Assembly: GCA_965218795.1 (NCBI GenBank)
Contig: OZ244653.1
Coordinates: 2,304,001 to 2,368,000, forward strand
Reading direction: 5' to 3'
DNA length: 64,000 nt
DNA from: a bacterium
GTDB taxonomy: Bacteria; UBA8248; JACPRG01; G963555815
Part shown: positions 32,557-42,846 of the stretch, piece by piece
Layout of the letters: every line of letters starts with the position of its first letter
Position numbering within the stretch: the stretch's first letter is position 1
Position numbers and translations under genes: made by a program
The notes under the pieces: model-generated
The model's database searches: none
What the model saw: the letters and a program-made list of their open reading frames with translations, nothing else
Told to the model about the DNA's origin: nothing

Positions 32557-33147
32557 CTATCCCTTGGCGCGTTCCACATACTCTCCCGTGCGGGTATCGA
32601 TCTTGATGGTTTCCCCCTCTTCCAGGAAGAGGGGGACCATGACCACGGTTCCCGTTTCCAGTGTGGCGGGTTTCGTCCCGCCGACGGCCGTATCGCCCCG
32701 GACACCCGGATCAGTTTGTTCGATCTTGAGATTGACAAAATTGGGAACCTCCACACCGATGGGCAATCCGTTGTGAAAGAGAATGCTCACCTCTACATTC
32801 TCTTGAAGCCACTTGGCCGCATCGTCCAGCTGGGCCCGGGTCAGAAACTCCTGCTCGTAGGAGGAGGTATCCATAAAGCAGAACCCGTCCCCTTCCTGAT
32901 AGAGATACTGCATCTCCTTCTCTTCCAGGTCCGGCGTCTCCACCTTGTCTCCGGAGCGAAAGGTCTTGTCCTGGACCAGGCCCGACTTGAGGCTCTTGAC
33001 CCGGGTCTTTACAAATGCCGCCCCTTTGCCGGGCTTGACGTGCTGGCAGTCCAAAATGACGAAAGGTTCTCCGTCCAGCTCGATCTTGAAATTGGTCCTG
33101 AATTCAGTCGTCGAAACAGTTCCCACGCTGCCCTTCGCCGCCTCCAT
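32557..33147 (-). CDS. efp: Elongation factor P
   Basis: HVKPGKGAAF, PGVRGDT, KPATLETG, DTRTGEY; start may be GTG 33126. Confidence 0.97.
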   Translation of the reverse strand: MEAAKGSVGTVSTTEFRTNFKIELDGEPFVILDCQHVKPGKGAAFVKTRVKSLKSGLVQDKTFRSGDKVETPDLEEKEMQYLYQEGDGFCFMDTSSYEQEFLTRAQLDDAAKWLQENVEVSILFHNGLPIGVEVPNFVNLKIEQTDPGVRGDTAVGGTKPATLETGTVVMVPLFLEEGETIKIDTRTGEYVERAKG

Positions 33148-33178
33148 ACCTTCAGAATTCTTTACGCAATCGCCGCCT

Positions 33179-34249
33179 CTACTCCAAAACGGTCCATTCC
33201 TTGGGAATATCGGCGGTTAACACCTCGACCCCATCTTCGGTCACCCTCACCATGTCTTCAATCCGAACTCCCCCCAGGTCCGGGATATAGATGCCCGGCT
33301 CGACGGTCAACACCATTCCCGGGAGCAGCTCCCGTTCCTGCCCTTTGGCAATCCGAAGGTTTTCATGAATTTCCATTCCGACGCCGTGGCCGGTTCCATG
33401 TCCAAACCGGTCTCCGTATCCCGCCTTCTCGATGACGCTTCTGGCCGCCGCGTCCACCTCGCCCGCTTTCGCACCCGGGCGGACCGACTCGATCCCCGCC
33501 CCGTTGGCTTCCAGCACCGTATCATATATGGTCCTCAGTTCTCCCGCGGGTTCACCCAACGCGACGGTTCGGGTCAAATCCGAAAAATAGCCGCCCACGC
33601 ACGCGCCAAAGTCGAACGTCACCAACTCTCCCCGAAGGATTCTACGGTCCGACGCGACGCCGTGGGGAAGCGCGCCCCTGGGTCCGGACGCCACGATAAA
33701 GTCAAAGGGCGCGGTCTCCGAGCCCGCGCGCTTCAGCCGGAATTCGAGATCGATGGCGACGTCCCGCTCAACGGCTCCTCCCAGAGATCCCGTAAGCGTC
33801 TCCTCCCAGGCTCTCGCCGTCAAGGCCACCGCCTGCCGAATGACGTCCATTTCCTCGCCATCCTTTCGGTGCCGGAGGTCCTCGACAATGTCCTTCGTCG
33901 GCTCAAGCGCGACATCCTTCAGGGTCTCCCGCAACTGCTCATAGGATCCGTAGAATATGCTGTTCGCTTCGAATTTGAGGCGGGAGATTTTACAGAACTT
34001 GACCGTTTCTTCGAGCGCCTCCGTTTGCCGGGCATAGATCTTCCGCTCCATGCCGGTCACCTGCTCTTCCGACTGCGTGAGGTAACGGGAGTCCGTCAGG
34101 AAAACGGCGCGGTCCGGGGTGATCAATACGGTGCCGGCGGTCCCCGTAAAACCCGAAAGATACTGTACATTTTCGCGTGACGTGACGAGGAAACCGTCTC
34201 CGGGTTCCAGCGATTCGCGGAGGGTTTCCACTCTTCTGTCGCGATCCAC
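33179..34249 (-). CDS. Xaa-Pro aminopeptidase (M24B)
   Basis: YLSGFTG, ALPHG, SDLTRT, HGTGHGVG, TVEPGIY, GGVRIED. Confidence 0.94.
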   Translation of the reverse strand: MDRDRRVETLRESLEPGDGFLVTSRENVQYLSGFTGTAGTVLITPDRAVFLTDSRYLTQSEEQVTGMERKIYARQTEALEETVKFCKISRLKFEANSIFYGSYEQLRETLKDVALEPTKDIVEDLRHRKDGEEMDVIRQAVALTARAWEETLTGSLGGAVERDVAIDLEFRLKRAGSETAPFDFIVASGPRGALPHGVASDRRILRGELVTFDFGACVGGYFSDLTRTVALGEPAGELRTIYDTVLEANGAGIESVRPGAKAGEVDAAARSVIEKAGYGDRFGHGTGHGVGMEIHENLRIAKGQERELLPGMVLTVEPGIYIPDLGGVRIEDMVRVTEDGVEVLTADIPKEWTVLE

Positions 34250-34250
34250 C

Positions 34251-34296
34251 GTCTAATGACTCTCTTGACTCTCGTCTAATGACTCTCTTGACTCTC
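34251..34296. repeat. Exact 23-bp tandem duplication
   Basis: GTCTAATGACTCTCTTGACTCTC x2, immediately upstream of the peptidase start. Confidence 0.9.
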
Positions 34297-34365
34297 TCGG
34301 AAACTTCGGCGCAGCGGCGTCGGATGCCTCCGCCGTCAGGGATGATCGCTCGGCCGGGGGAGTTG

Positions 34366-34809
34366 TTAATGCCCCGGGGCCAACCGGTCCAGCGCGGCTT
34401 CAACGGCCAAATCGTAACCCCGCGCTCCCAACCCCGTGATGGAGCCGACTGCAATCGGCGCGATCAGGGAGCGGTGACGGAATTCTTCTCGAGCGGCGAG
34501 ATTGGACAGGTGTACCTCGATGACGGGAATCTCGGAGGCGCTGAGCGCGTCGCGCAGGGCGACGCTCACGTGGGTCAGTCCGCCCGGATTGATGATCATG
34601 AAATCCGCATCCCCGCGCGCCTCGTGGATGCGGTCGATCAAGGCGCCTTCGTGGTTACTTTGGAAAGCTTCGAGATCCACCCCCCGCGCGGCGGCCCGGT
34701 CTTGCAGACGCCCGTTGATTTCATCCAGCGTCTGCCGGCCGTACACCTCCGGTTCGCGAACGCCTAGAAGGTTCAGATTGGGTCCGTGAACAACCAGAAT
34801 CCTGGCCAC
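34366..34809 (-). CDS. aroQ: Type II 3-dehydroquinate dehydratase
   Basis: HGPNLNLLGVREPEVYG, QSNHEG, INPGG, EVHLSN, REEFRH. Confidence 0.96.
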   Translation of the reverse strand: MARILVVHGPNLNLLGVREPEVYGRQTLDEINGRLQDRAAARGVDLEAFQSNHEGALIDRIHEARGDADFMIINPGGLTHVSVALRDALSASEIPVIEVHLSNLAAREEFRHRSLIAPIAVGSITGLGARGYDLAVEAALDRLAPGH

Positions 34810-34896
34810 CGCTTGATCACCCATTCTCCAGGGGAATTCGTCCCCGGTACTCATTTTGAATCCCGGCACAAAGTCTAGGAAGGGGATTCCGTGTCG

Positions 34897-35979
34897 TCAA
34901 CCCCGGAGCGTTTCGAAGATGGCGCTCTCGGGGACACCGTCGTAAACTCCGACCTCGCCGATCCTTCGCATGAGGATGAATCGAAGCTTCCCCCCCCGCG
35001 CCTTCTTGTCACGGCCCATCGCTTCCAACAGGCGCGCCCGGTTGATCCGCGGAACCTCCATCGGGAGTCCGGTCCGTTTGAGGAGATCCGTCAGCCGATC
35101 GGAATCCTCCCGCCGGCAGAGACCCATATGGACGGAAAGGCGGGCTGCCCAGGCCATCCCCATTCCGATAGCCTCTCCATGAGTATAGCGTCGATATCGG
35201 GTCAAGGCTTCCAGGGCGTGCCCGAACGTATGCCCGAAATTGAGAATGGCGCGCGGCCCAGCCTCCCGCTCATCCGCCTCTACGACTGCCGCCTTGATCC
35301 GACACGATGTCACCACGGCCGTCTGAAGGACCTTGGGCTGGAATTTCCGAAACCCTTCCAGACGGCTCTCTATGAAACTGAAAAAAGACTCCTCGGCGAT
35401 CACCCCGTACTTCACCACCTCCGCCATCCCCGACGTCCACTCTCGCGGAGGGAGCGTCCTCAGAACGGAGGGATCGACGACGACAAGATCCGGCTGGGAA
35501 AAGGCGCCCACCAGATTCTTTCCTTCCGGAAGGTTGACGCCCGTCTTTCCCCCCACGCTGCTGTCGACCTGGGCGATGAGGCTGGTCGGCACCTGTACAG
35601 CGGCGATTCCCCGCAGGTAGGTCGCGGCCAAGAACCCGCCGAGGTCTCCCACGACGCCGCCGCCCAGCGCGACCACGCAGCCGCTCCGGTCCATCCCCGC
35701 CTGCGCCATGGCGCGGTACGCCCTTCCGCACCAGAGGAGATTCTTGGACGTTTCGGCGTCGGGAATCTCGAACCACGCGGAGGGGATGCCGGCGGCCGTC
35801 AGCGTCGTCTTCAGCCGCTTTCCGTACAGGCGCCCGACCACCGGGTTCGTCACCACCATGGCCTTTCCCGTGATGCCGTTTTTTTTCATTTGGAATCCGA
35901 CCCGGTCCAGAGCCTTCGGGCCGACCCGGATGGGATGCTGGCGTTTCCCCAAACGCAATGTGATCGTTTCCATGCTCAT
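34897..35979 (-). CDS. aroB: 3-dehydroquinate synthase
   Basis: GGGVVGDL, VDSSVGGKTGVN, GKNLVGAF, LNFGHTFGHALE. Confidence 0.97.
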   Translation of the reverse strand: MSMETITLRLGKRQHPIRVGPKALDRVGFQMKKNGITGKAMVVTNPVVGRLYGKRLKTTLTAAGIPSAWFEIPDAETSKNLLWCGRAYRAMAQAGMDRSGCVVALGGGVVGDLGGFLAATYLRGIAAVQVPTSLIAQVDSSVGGKTGVNLPEGKNLVGAFSQPDLVVVDPSVLRTLPPREWTSGMAEVVKYGVIAEESFFSFIESRLEGFRKFQPKVLQTAVVTSCRIKAAVVEADEREAGPRAILNFGHTFGHALEALTRYRRYTHGEAIGMGMAWAARLSVHMGLCRREDSDRLTDLLKRTGLPMEVPRINRARLLEAMGRDKKARGGKLRFILMRRIGEVGVYDGVPESAIFETLRG

Positions 35980-36102
35980 TGACTCGAAGTCAGCGAGGAC
36001 TGACGGGAAAGAATGTCCCGATATCCCCCCTCCATCCAAAGGGCAGGGGAGCGCGACGGCAAGAGGAGATGGCTGGGGCTCGCGGTCCGCGAAAATGATT
36101 CC

Positions 36103-37149
36103 TCATCCGTTGCGAATACCCAGTCCCATGGCGACAACCGACAAAGGGGCCATCGAGGCGACGAAATCAGGATCAAACTCCTGGTCGCTGAAGCTGACCC
36201 GGGCGAAAGGATTGGCGGCCTCGACCGGAATCCCCAACTCATTCCCCATATCCGCTTCCAGTCCCCCAAGACGGCCGCCCCCACCGCTCAGGATGACGGC
36301 ACGAATCGGAAAATCCGGCCACTCCTCCTTGTAGAGAGAAAGAAATCGGTTGAGGTCGGCGACGAGGCGTCCCGTGACGGGATCGATATGCTCCTTCAGT
36401 GTATTCAGGGGACGGTCCGGATTGTTGCCCAACTTGGTTTCCTCGGCCTTCTCATAATCGAGGGAAAGGGCTTCCTGAATGGCCCGGGTATAATCCATCC
36501 CGCCCAGAGGAAAGGATTGCGACAGCAATGAAAGTCCGCCACCCACCGCATGGGCATAGGTCATCTGGGATCCGATGTCCAACAGGAGCGCGCTTCCGTC
36601 CTCTTCCCAGGTGCCGCTGGCCTCAAAGCCGTCTTCCAACGCAAGGGGAACGGAATCCATGATGATCGGGGTCAGGTCGGCCCGTTCCAAGACCCCGAGC
36701 AACTGATCAATGTACCTCTTGCGGGCGCCCGCCAAAAGGACCTGAAACCAGCGTTGGCCATCCTCTTCCACCTCACCCTGGATGAGATAGTTCAGGTTGG
36801 CTTCTTCCAGGGGGAAGGGGAGGTATTGCTCGCCCTCCCACGCGATGAGAGCCTCCATCTCCCTGGTGTCGCTCTCCGGCACCCAAACGTTCCGGATTGC
36901 AACGCCGCTTCCCGATAGCGACACCGCCACCCGCTTCTTTTCGACCCTCTCCCGTTCGAGCAACTCTTGAAGGGTCCCGATCAGGGCCTCTTCGTTCTCG
37001 ATCGCACCGGCTCGCATGACGCCCTCGCCCAAGTTCGACAACCCCAATCGCTCCAGTGAGAAACCGGAATGATCCGGGCGAAGCTGAATCAACTTGACCG
37101 AGTGGTCCCCAATATCCAAACCGACCAAGAGATCCTTGTCCTCTGCCAT
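36103..37149 (-). CDS. pilM: Type IV pilus assembly protein PilM
   Basis: VGLDIGDHSVK, EQYLPFPLEE, LDIG, ILSGGG, EAANPF, VAMGLG. Confidence 0.85.
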   Translation of the reverse strand: MAEDKDLLVGLDIGDHSVKLIQLRPDHSGFSLERLGLSNLGEGVMRAGAIENEEALIGTLQELLERERVEKKRVAVSLSGSGVAIRNVWVPESDTREMEALIAWEGEQYLPFPLEEANLNYLIQGEVEEDGQRWFQVLLAGARKRYIDQLLGVLERADLTPIIMDSVPLALEDGFEASGTWEEDGSALLLDIGSQMTYAHAVGGGLSLLSQSFPLGGMDYTRAIQEALSLDYEKAEETKLGNNPDRPLNTLKEHIDPVTGRLVADLNRFLSLYKEEWPDFPIRAVILSGGGGRLGGLEADMGNELGIPVEAANPFARVSFSDQEFDPDFVASMAPLSVVAMGLGIRNG

Positions 37150-37189
37150 CCGCCTCCCTTGATTCACGGGCCTATCGCCTGCTCTTCGC

Positions 37190-37221
37190 CACAAGGGCTA
37201 TCCGGTCACAAGGGTTATCCG
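37190..37221. repeat. 15-bp direct repeat (period 17) upstream of pilM
   Basis: CACAAGGGCTATCCG / CACAAGGGTTATCCG, one mismatch. Confidence 0.75.
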
Positions 37222-37312
37222 AATGATCCCGGCCCTTGATTCATCGAATCACGTCCCAAAGCGGGCCGTCAAGCATTTTCACCGGTCCGAATTCACTCAA
37301 CGCTTGATTCAC

Positions 37313-38206
37313 TTAGAGAAACCGGAAGGGCGCCGGCGTAAAGCTCAACGCAAACACCACGATGCAGAGCAGACCAACCAGTTTGCGGGGCCTGTCCAGG
37401 GGGAGCGCGTCATCCAACGCGGGTGGATGTCTGAAGCCGATGATAAACGGAAACACACACCAAATCACCCATCCGCTCCAGAGAGACGTCAGAAAGAGCA
37501 ATGCGGCCACTGTCCCCAAAGTGATCAGCCGGTGACGACGGCCAAGAAGGGCATAGATAATGTGTCCCCCGTCGAGCTGTCCCATGGGTAAGAGGTTCAG
37601 CGCCGTGACGAACAATCCCAGCCAACCGCCCAGCGCGATCGGATGCAGGACAATGGTGTAGTCGTCCGCCGAGATTCCCAAGACCCATTCCGTCAGAAAC
37701 GAAAACAATAAGGGCTCGCCAAGAATGATGCCCCCTGAAATATCCGTCGGGGGCAGAACGCGCGACAACCGGATTCCGATAATCAGCGCGGGAATGGCAA
37801 CGGCAAACCCCGCCAGCGGCCCGGCCGCCCCAATGTCGAGGAGCACCCGACGATTGAGTATGGGGGAACGGAGGCGGATGAAGGCTCCCAAAGTCCCCAA
37901 GCCGATTGGCACCGGAATGAAATACGGGAGGGACACCCGCATGAGCCAACGCCGCGCCATGAAGTAATGGCCCAATTCATGAACGCCGAGGATGAGGAGA
38001 AGGGTCGTCGAAAATGCGATTCCATTCCACAAATCGAACGGCTGGGCATAGGGAATCGAGCCAATCCCCGAACCGCCTACGCCGACCGTCGTGAGCACCG
38101 TCGCCAGAAAAAGGAACACATGCAACCACGGCCGGGATACTCTCCGGGGTTGGATGGGCTCCAGCAACCCTTCGCCAAACCGCTGTGTGGTTCTCAAGCT
38201 CTCCAA
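37313..38206 (-). CDS. Site-2 protease (M50)
   Basis: HELGH, AGPLAG, NLLPMGQLDGGH. Confidence 0.92.
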   Translation of the reverse strand: MESLRTTQRFGEGLLEPIQPRRVSRPWLHVFLFLATVLTTVGVGGSGIGSIPYAQPFDLWNGIAFSTTLLLILGVHELGHYFMARRWLMRVSLPYFIPVPIGLGTLGAFIRLRSPILNRRVLLDIGAAGPLAGFAVAIPALIIGIRLSRVLPPTDISGGIILGEPLLFSFLTEWVLGISADDYTIVLHPIALGGWLGLFVTALNLLPMGQLDGGHIIYALLGRRHRLITLGTVAALLFLTSLWSGWVIWCVFPFIIGFRHPPALDDALPLDRPRKLVGLLCIVVFALSFTPAPFRFL

Positions 38207-38381
38207 TTTCCCTCTGCTCGTTTACGATTCCGCCGATTGAACAGTCCATCCGTATCCATTCGGCTCATTATAGGGTTTTCGGATTCCTGACAAACCTCCC
38301 GTTCCGCGCACCGGTCAAGCGGCCTGCATCCATCCAGAGGATCCGCTCCCACGATCCAATCCCGCCTGCCCATCGATTTGT

Positions 38382-40544
38382 TTGACAGACCTTGGGAGGC
38401 TTTCTAATATTTCAGGGAGTGGTCCCTTTCTCCAACAGTCAGGCAATCCGAGTCCGGGGTTCCCGAGTTTGCGCCTTCTGCACATTCCTCTCCGACGCAC
38501 CGTTTTCTCTATTTTGATCACAGCGGTCCTGTGGGCGGCGGCGTGCGGGAGGGTCCAACGGGATCCAGCGCCCCAAGCCAAAATCACACCGAAAGAAGAA
38601 ACGGCCTTTCAAGAAGGCAAAAAGGCGCTGGACAATGGAGACCCGGCCAAGGCAGAGGGCCTCCTCCGAAACTTTTTGACTCGGTACCCGAACAGCCGGC
38701 TGGTCTCCAATGCGTCGATGTTTCTGGGGAAAATTGCTTACGAGAAAGGCGATTTCTCAGACGCCCTGAGTTGGTTCGAACCTTATCTGAAACCCCATCA
38801 CCCTCCCCTGTTGCGCCTCCGGGCCAACCAATGGACGGGCTTCATCCATAGAGCCATGGGGAATCCGGCGAAAGCCCACCACCACTATCAGGCCGCATTG
38901 GACCTTGCAGAGACGGATGCGGACCGCTTCGCAACGCTCTGGCCGCTGGTCCGGGTGGCATTGGACCGAAAGCAACCCGTGGAAGCGGTCCAATACCTGT
39001 CCGCGCTCGTTCCGCTTGTCCCCCAAAGAAAAGAAAGGCTGAAACTCGAACAGCGGACGGTTGATCTGATCTTTCTGTACCTCGATCGTCCGGGTGTGGA
39101 GCTTCTGATGCGGCGAATCGAATCCGGGTTCCCGACCGGGTACCTTGCGGTTCGCAGGGCCGAGCTTCTCGTCGGCGCGAAGGACCCGAACGCCGCCCGC
39201 GTTCAATTGGCCCGGTTTCTGAAGGTCTCGAAAGAGCATCCTTTGGAAGAACGCGCCCGGAAATTGCTCCGATCCATCGAGACGCGCAAAACTCCGAAGG
39301 CCGGAAATGTTTCAGGCCCCGCGGTCCCGATGGATTCCGATTTCGTCCGATCCCTGCAATTCGGCCTCCAAGTAATCCCCCCGACTTCTTCCATCAAGGA
39401 AACTAAAAGGGGAGGCCCCGGAGAAACGAAAGTCTTGAATGTCGGCGTCCTGATCCCTTTGTCCGGACCGAACGCGGTGACCGGCCAAGCCGGTATTCAA
39501 GGGATTCAATTGGCGCTTCAGCATGCCGGGGCGTTTGCCGACCGGGTCAAACTCCAAGTCCGCGATTCTTCAGGGGGCGACACGGCAGAAGTCGTCAGGA
39601 AGCTGGCGGAGGACTTTGGCGCGGTCGCCGTCCTCGGCCCCTTTTACCCTCCGGAGACATCCGCGGCGGCGAAGGCGGCGGAAGAAGCAGAAATTCCCAT
39701 CGTCCTCCCCCTGACCCCTACTGCCGTTTCGACCGGCGTTACCCGTCATGTCTTCCGATTGGGAATCAGCTATACCGTGCAGGCGGAGACGATGGCCGAC
39801 TACGCCGTCCAGACAATGGGTCTCAAAGGACTTGCCGTTTTGTACCCATCGAACGCGGCGGGAAGAAAAATGAGCGATATCTTTCACCGCCGGGTGGCCG
39901 CCCTGGGGGGCCGTGTCGCACGCAAAGCCTCCTACCCGGCGGATGCCACGGATTTCGGCCGGCAGATTCGAGCCCTTGGAGGAATGGACGATCAGGAAGT
40001 GGAACGGTTAAGGAAGGCAATCGCAGAGAAGGAGAAAAAAGCGATCCGAATACCGAATATCCCCTTCCGTGGACTTTTCATTCCGGACCGTGCCGCTCAA
40101 GCGGCCCTGATTATCCCAAGCCTCGGGTTCTACAACATCCGCGGGATCCATCTGTTGGGCATTTCCGGGTGGAACTCGAATGAAATCATTGCCCTGGCCA
40201 AACGAGGGGTCGCGGGAGCGTATTTCGCAGGGGGATACGGCCAGCTCCCCCCCACCGCCCGGCGCGCCCGTTTCGCCCGGGATTTTCAGCGGGTCTTCTC
40301 CAAGCCTCCGGGTGCCCCCTCCGCTTTCGCCTACGACGCCATGCGGGTTCTTCTGTCCGGATTACAGGTATCAGGCAATGACAGGGCCGGCTTAAGAGAT
40401 CAATTGGCGAAGACCCGGGAATTTGACGGGGTGACGGGAACATTCAACGTCGATGCGACCGGCGCGGCGCGGCGCAATCTGCCAATCATGACGATCGCGG
40501 ACGGAAAGATTCGCCTGGCGGAAAAAAAGGGCCTCCCGAGGTAG
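38382..40544 (+). CDS. LpoA/LppC-like penicillin-binding-protein activator lipoprotein
   Basis: Lipobox-like WAAAC, N-terminal TPRs, C-terminal periplasmic-binding fold (GVLIPLSG, AFAYDA, FDGVTG); start uncertain. Confidence 0.82.
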   Translation: MTDLGRLSNISGSGPFLQQSGNPSPGFPSLRLLHIPLRRTVFSILITAVLWAAACGRVQRDPAPQAKITPKEETAFQEGKKALDNGDPAKAEGLLRNFLTRYPNSRLVSNASMFLGKIAYEKGDFSDALSWFEPYLKPHHPPLLRLRANQWTGFIHRAMGNPAKAHHHYQAALDLAETDADRFATLWPLVRVALDRKQPVEAVQYLSALVPLVPQRKERLKLEQRTVDLIFLYLDRPGVELLMRRIESGFPTGYLAVRRAELLVGAKDPNAARVQLARFLKVSKEHPLEERARKLLRSIETRKTPKAGNVSGPAVPMDSDFVRSLQFGLQVIPPTSSIKETKRGGPGETKVLNVGVLIPLSGPNAVTGQAGIQGIQLALQHAGAFADRVKLQVRDSSGGDTAEVVRKLAEDFGAVAVLGPFYPPETSAAAKAAEEAEIPIVLPLTPTAVSTGVTRHVFRLGISYTVQAETMADYAVQTMGLKGLAVLYPSNAAGRKMSDIFHRRVAALGGRVARKASYPADATDFGRQIRALGGMDDQEVERLRKAIAEKEKKAIRIPNIPFRGLFIPDRAAQAALIIPSLGFYNIRGIHLLGISGWNSNEIIALAKRGVAGAYFAGGYGQLPPTARRARFARDFQRVFSKPPGAPSAFAYDAMRVLLSGLQVSGNDRAGLRDQLAKTREFDGVTGTFNVDATGAARRNLPIMTIADGKIRLAEKKGLPR

Positions 40545-40572
40545 CGGGCTGAGGGCGGCTTTGAGCCGCGCC

Positions 40573-41592
40573 CTATCTGGAGACCGCCGGAAGTTCTTCT
40601 TCCAACTCACCCTGGTGGACACGGTTCAAGGCGTTCGATAATACCTCGATGAGCGCTTCCACATTTTCAGCCTCGTCTATCTCCTGTCGGAGACGTCGCG
40701 CACCTGGAAAATCCGCAGCGTAACTGTACAGGTGCTTGCGGGCCTGAACCAGCGCCCGGTGAGGCGCCAGTTGCCGGGCGCATTCCCGGGTATGGCGCAA
40801 GGCTGTCGCCAACCGATTGGAAAGCGGCGGATCGGGATCGATCCTCCCCCCTTCGATGGCTGCTTCCATTTGGCCGTAGACCCAGGGTCTTCCCACGGCG
40901 CCTCGGCCCACCATGACAGCGTCGCATCCGGTCTCGTTGACCATCCTGTTCGCGTCGGCGGGACTGGTGATGTCGCCGTTTCCAATCACCGGCACGCACA
41001 CGGCCTCCTTGACAGCGGCAATCACGCTCCAATCGGCCTTTCCACTGAACGCCTGACTTCGCGTCCGCCCGTGAATCGATATGGCGGCCGCGCCGGCGTC
41101 CTCCAGTTTCCGGGCGAACGCAACCACGCCGGGAAAATCCACATGGTCCCAGCCTGCACGGATCTTGACGGTGACGGGCCGATCCACCGCCCGGACCATG
41201 GCGGACACAATCTTCGCGGCCCGCTCCGGGAACCGAAGCAGGGCGGAGCCCGCTTCGGTTTTCACAATCTTCTTGACAGGGCATCCCATATTGATGTCCA
41301 CGAGGCTTGCCCCCAACTCGACGGTGATTCGGGCGGCATCGGCCATCACTTCGGGCTCGTTACCGAAAAGCTGCATCGAGACCTGACCCTCGTCCGGATG
41401 GGTCAGAAGCTGTGTGCGCGTTTTCTCGTTTCCATGCACCAGGGCGCGGCTGCTCACCATTTCCGTGCAGACCAGACCCGCTCCCCCCTCACGCGACAAC
41501 ACCCGGTACGGGAGGTGCGAATAGCCGGACAGTGGCGCCTGGATCACCCGGGAGGTCAACGGAACATCGCCAATTTTCACCGGAGCGGTCAC
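40573..41592 (-). CDS. dusB: tRNA-dihydrouridine synthase B
   Basis: TEMVS, QLFG, DINMGCP, VTVKIR, HGRTR, GNGDI. Confidence 0.92.
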   Translation of the reverse strand: MTAPVKIGDVPLTSRVIQAPLSGYSHLPYRVLSREGGAGLVCTEMVSSRALVHGNEKTRTQLLTHPDEGQVSMQLFGNEPEVMADAARITVELGASLVDINMGCPVKKIVKTEAGSALLRFPERAAKIVSAMVRAVDRPVTVKIRAGWDHVDFPGVVAFARKLEDAGAAAISIHGRTRSQAFSGKADWSVIAAVKEAVCVPVIGNGDITSPADANRMVNETGCDAVMVGRGAVGRPWVYGQMEAAIEGGRIDPDPPLSNRLATALRHTRECARQLAPHRALVQARKHLYSYAADFPGARRLRQEIDEAENVEALIEVLSNALNRVHQGELEEELPAVSR

Positions 41593-42716
41593 GAATCCAA
41601 CTCCCAGCCCGGATCGGCATCCATGGAAAGAGCATCCTCCAGGGACAATCCCCCTTCGCGCAGGATCGGGTATCCCGCCGCGGCAATCATTACCGCATTA
41701 TCGGTGCAATACTCGAGCGCCGGCACATGGGTGCGGATGCCTTCCGACTCGCTCCTTTGAATCAAGGCGTTCCGAAGGCTTCCATTCGCCGCGACCCCCC
41801 CAACGACCGCCAGATCCCGGACGCCCTCCTGATGAACGGCCCGAAACGCCTTTTCCGCCAATACGTCGACGACCGCTTGTTGAAACTCACGGCAGATCCG
41901 CCTCAGCTTTGCGGGCGGCAACTCCCGAGCTCTCTTGAGCGGCGACTTCGCGGGATCGTCATCGTAGGCGCCGATGGATTTCAAATGCAGCATCACGGCC
42001 GTCTTGAGTCCGCTGAAGCTGAAGTCGAGACTCGGGTCATCCAGCATGGGCCGCGGAAACCGCAGCACCGAATATCCATCATCGGGGCCTGCCTCTCCCT
42101 CCGCCGCCAACGAGTCAATCCGGGGCCCGCCCGGAAAACCGAGACCGAGCAGGCTGGCCACCTTGTCGTACGCCTCCCCCGCCGCGTCATCGCGGGTCGC
42201 GCCGAGCAGTCGGTAACGCATCGCCTCTTGCCCGTTTCCCCCATCCACCCGATAGAGATGAGTGTGTCCCCCGGAGACCACCATGGCCACAAAAGGGAAA
42301 TCGGGCGGCCGGCCTCCACCGAGCCCGTCGGGCGGCAGCGTCGCCCCTTCGATGAAGACGGAAGCCACATGGCCGGCTAAATGATGGACGCCGACCAGCG
42401 GCAGCGTTCTCGCCAGCGCGATCCCTTTCGCGGCCTGAAGGCCCACCAAAAGCGCCACCAAAAGACCCGGACCGCGCGTCACAGCGACGCCGTCGATCGA
42501 ACCCCACCCCCCTGCTTGCGATACGGCTTCCTGCACGATGGGATGGATGCGTTCTACATGACTGCGGGCGGCCAACTCCGGCACCACCCCGCCAAACGGC
42601 GCATGTACGTCGAATTGGACGGCCACCACTTTGGACAGAACATGGTTTCCGTCATCGACCACAGCGGCGGCCGTTTCGTCACAAGAGGTTTCGATTCCAA
42701 GAACGCGCACACCCAC
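41589..42716 (-). CDS. tsaD: tRNA N6-threonylcarbamoyltransferase
   Basis: LGIETSCDET, GGVVPELA, SGGHT, DDAAGEAYDK, FSFSGLKT, TDNA. Confidence 0.97.
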   Translation of the reverse strand: MGVRVLGIETSCDETAAAVVDDGNHVLSKVVAVQFDVHAPFGGVVPELAARSHVERIHPIVQEAVSQAGGWGSIDGVAVTRGPGLLVALLVGLQAAKGIALARTLPLVGVHHLAGHVASVFIEGATLPPDGLGGGRPPDFPFVAMVVSGGHTHLYRVDGGNGQEAMRYRLLGATRDDAAGEAYDKVASLLGLGFPGGPRIDSLAAEGEAGPDDGYSVLRFPRPMLDDPSLDFSFSGLKTAVMLHLKSIGAYDDDPAKSPLKRARELPPAKLRRICREFQQAVVDVLAEKAFRAVHQEGVRDLAVVGGVAANGSLRNALIQRSESEGIRTHVPALEYCTDNAVMIAAAGYPILREGGLSLEDALSMDADPGWELDS

Positions 42717-42846
42717 ATTCCATCAGAAAAAATGAGAGCGGGAAGGGTTTCCTTTGGCTCCACGCCCGGATCACAGCGGGCAAGCGCCAGGGTCCGCGAG
42801 CCTTCGCCCGGGCGTTTCCGCCGACCTCACGGTCGGGGCCGCGGCC

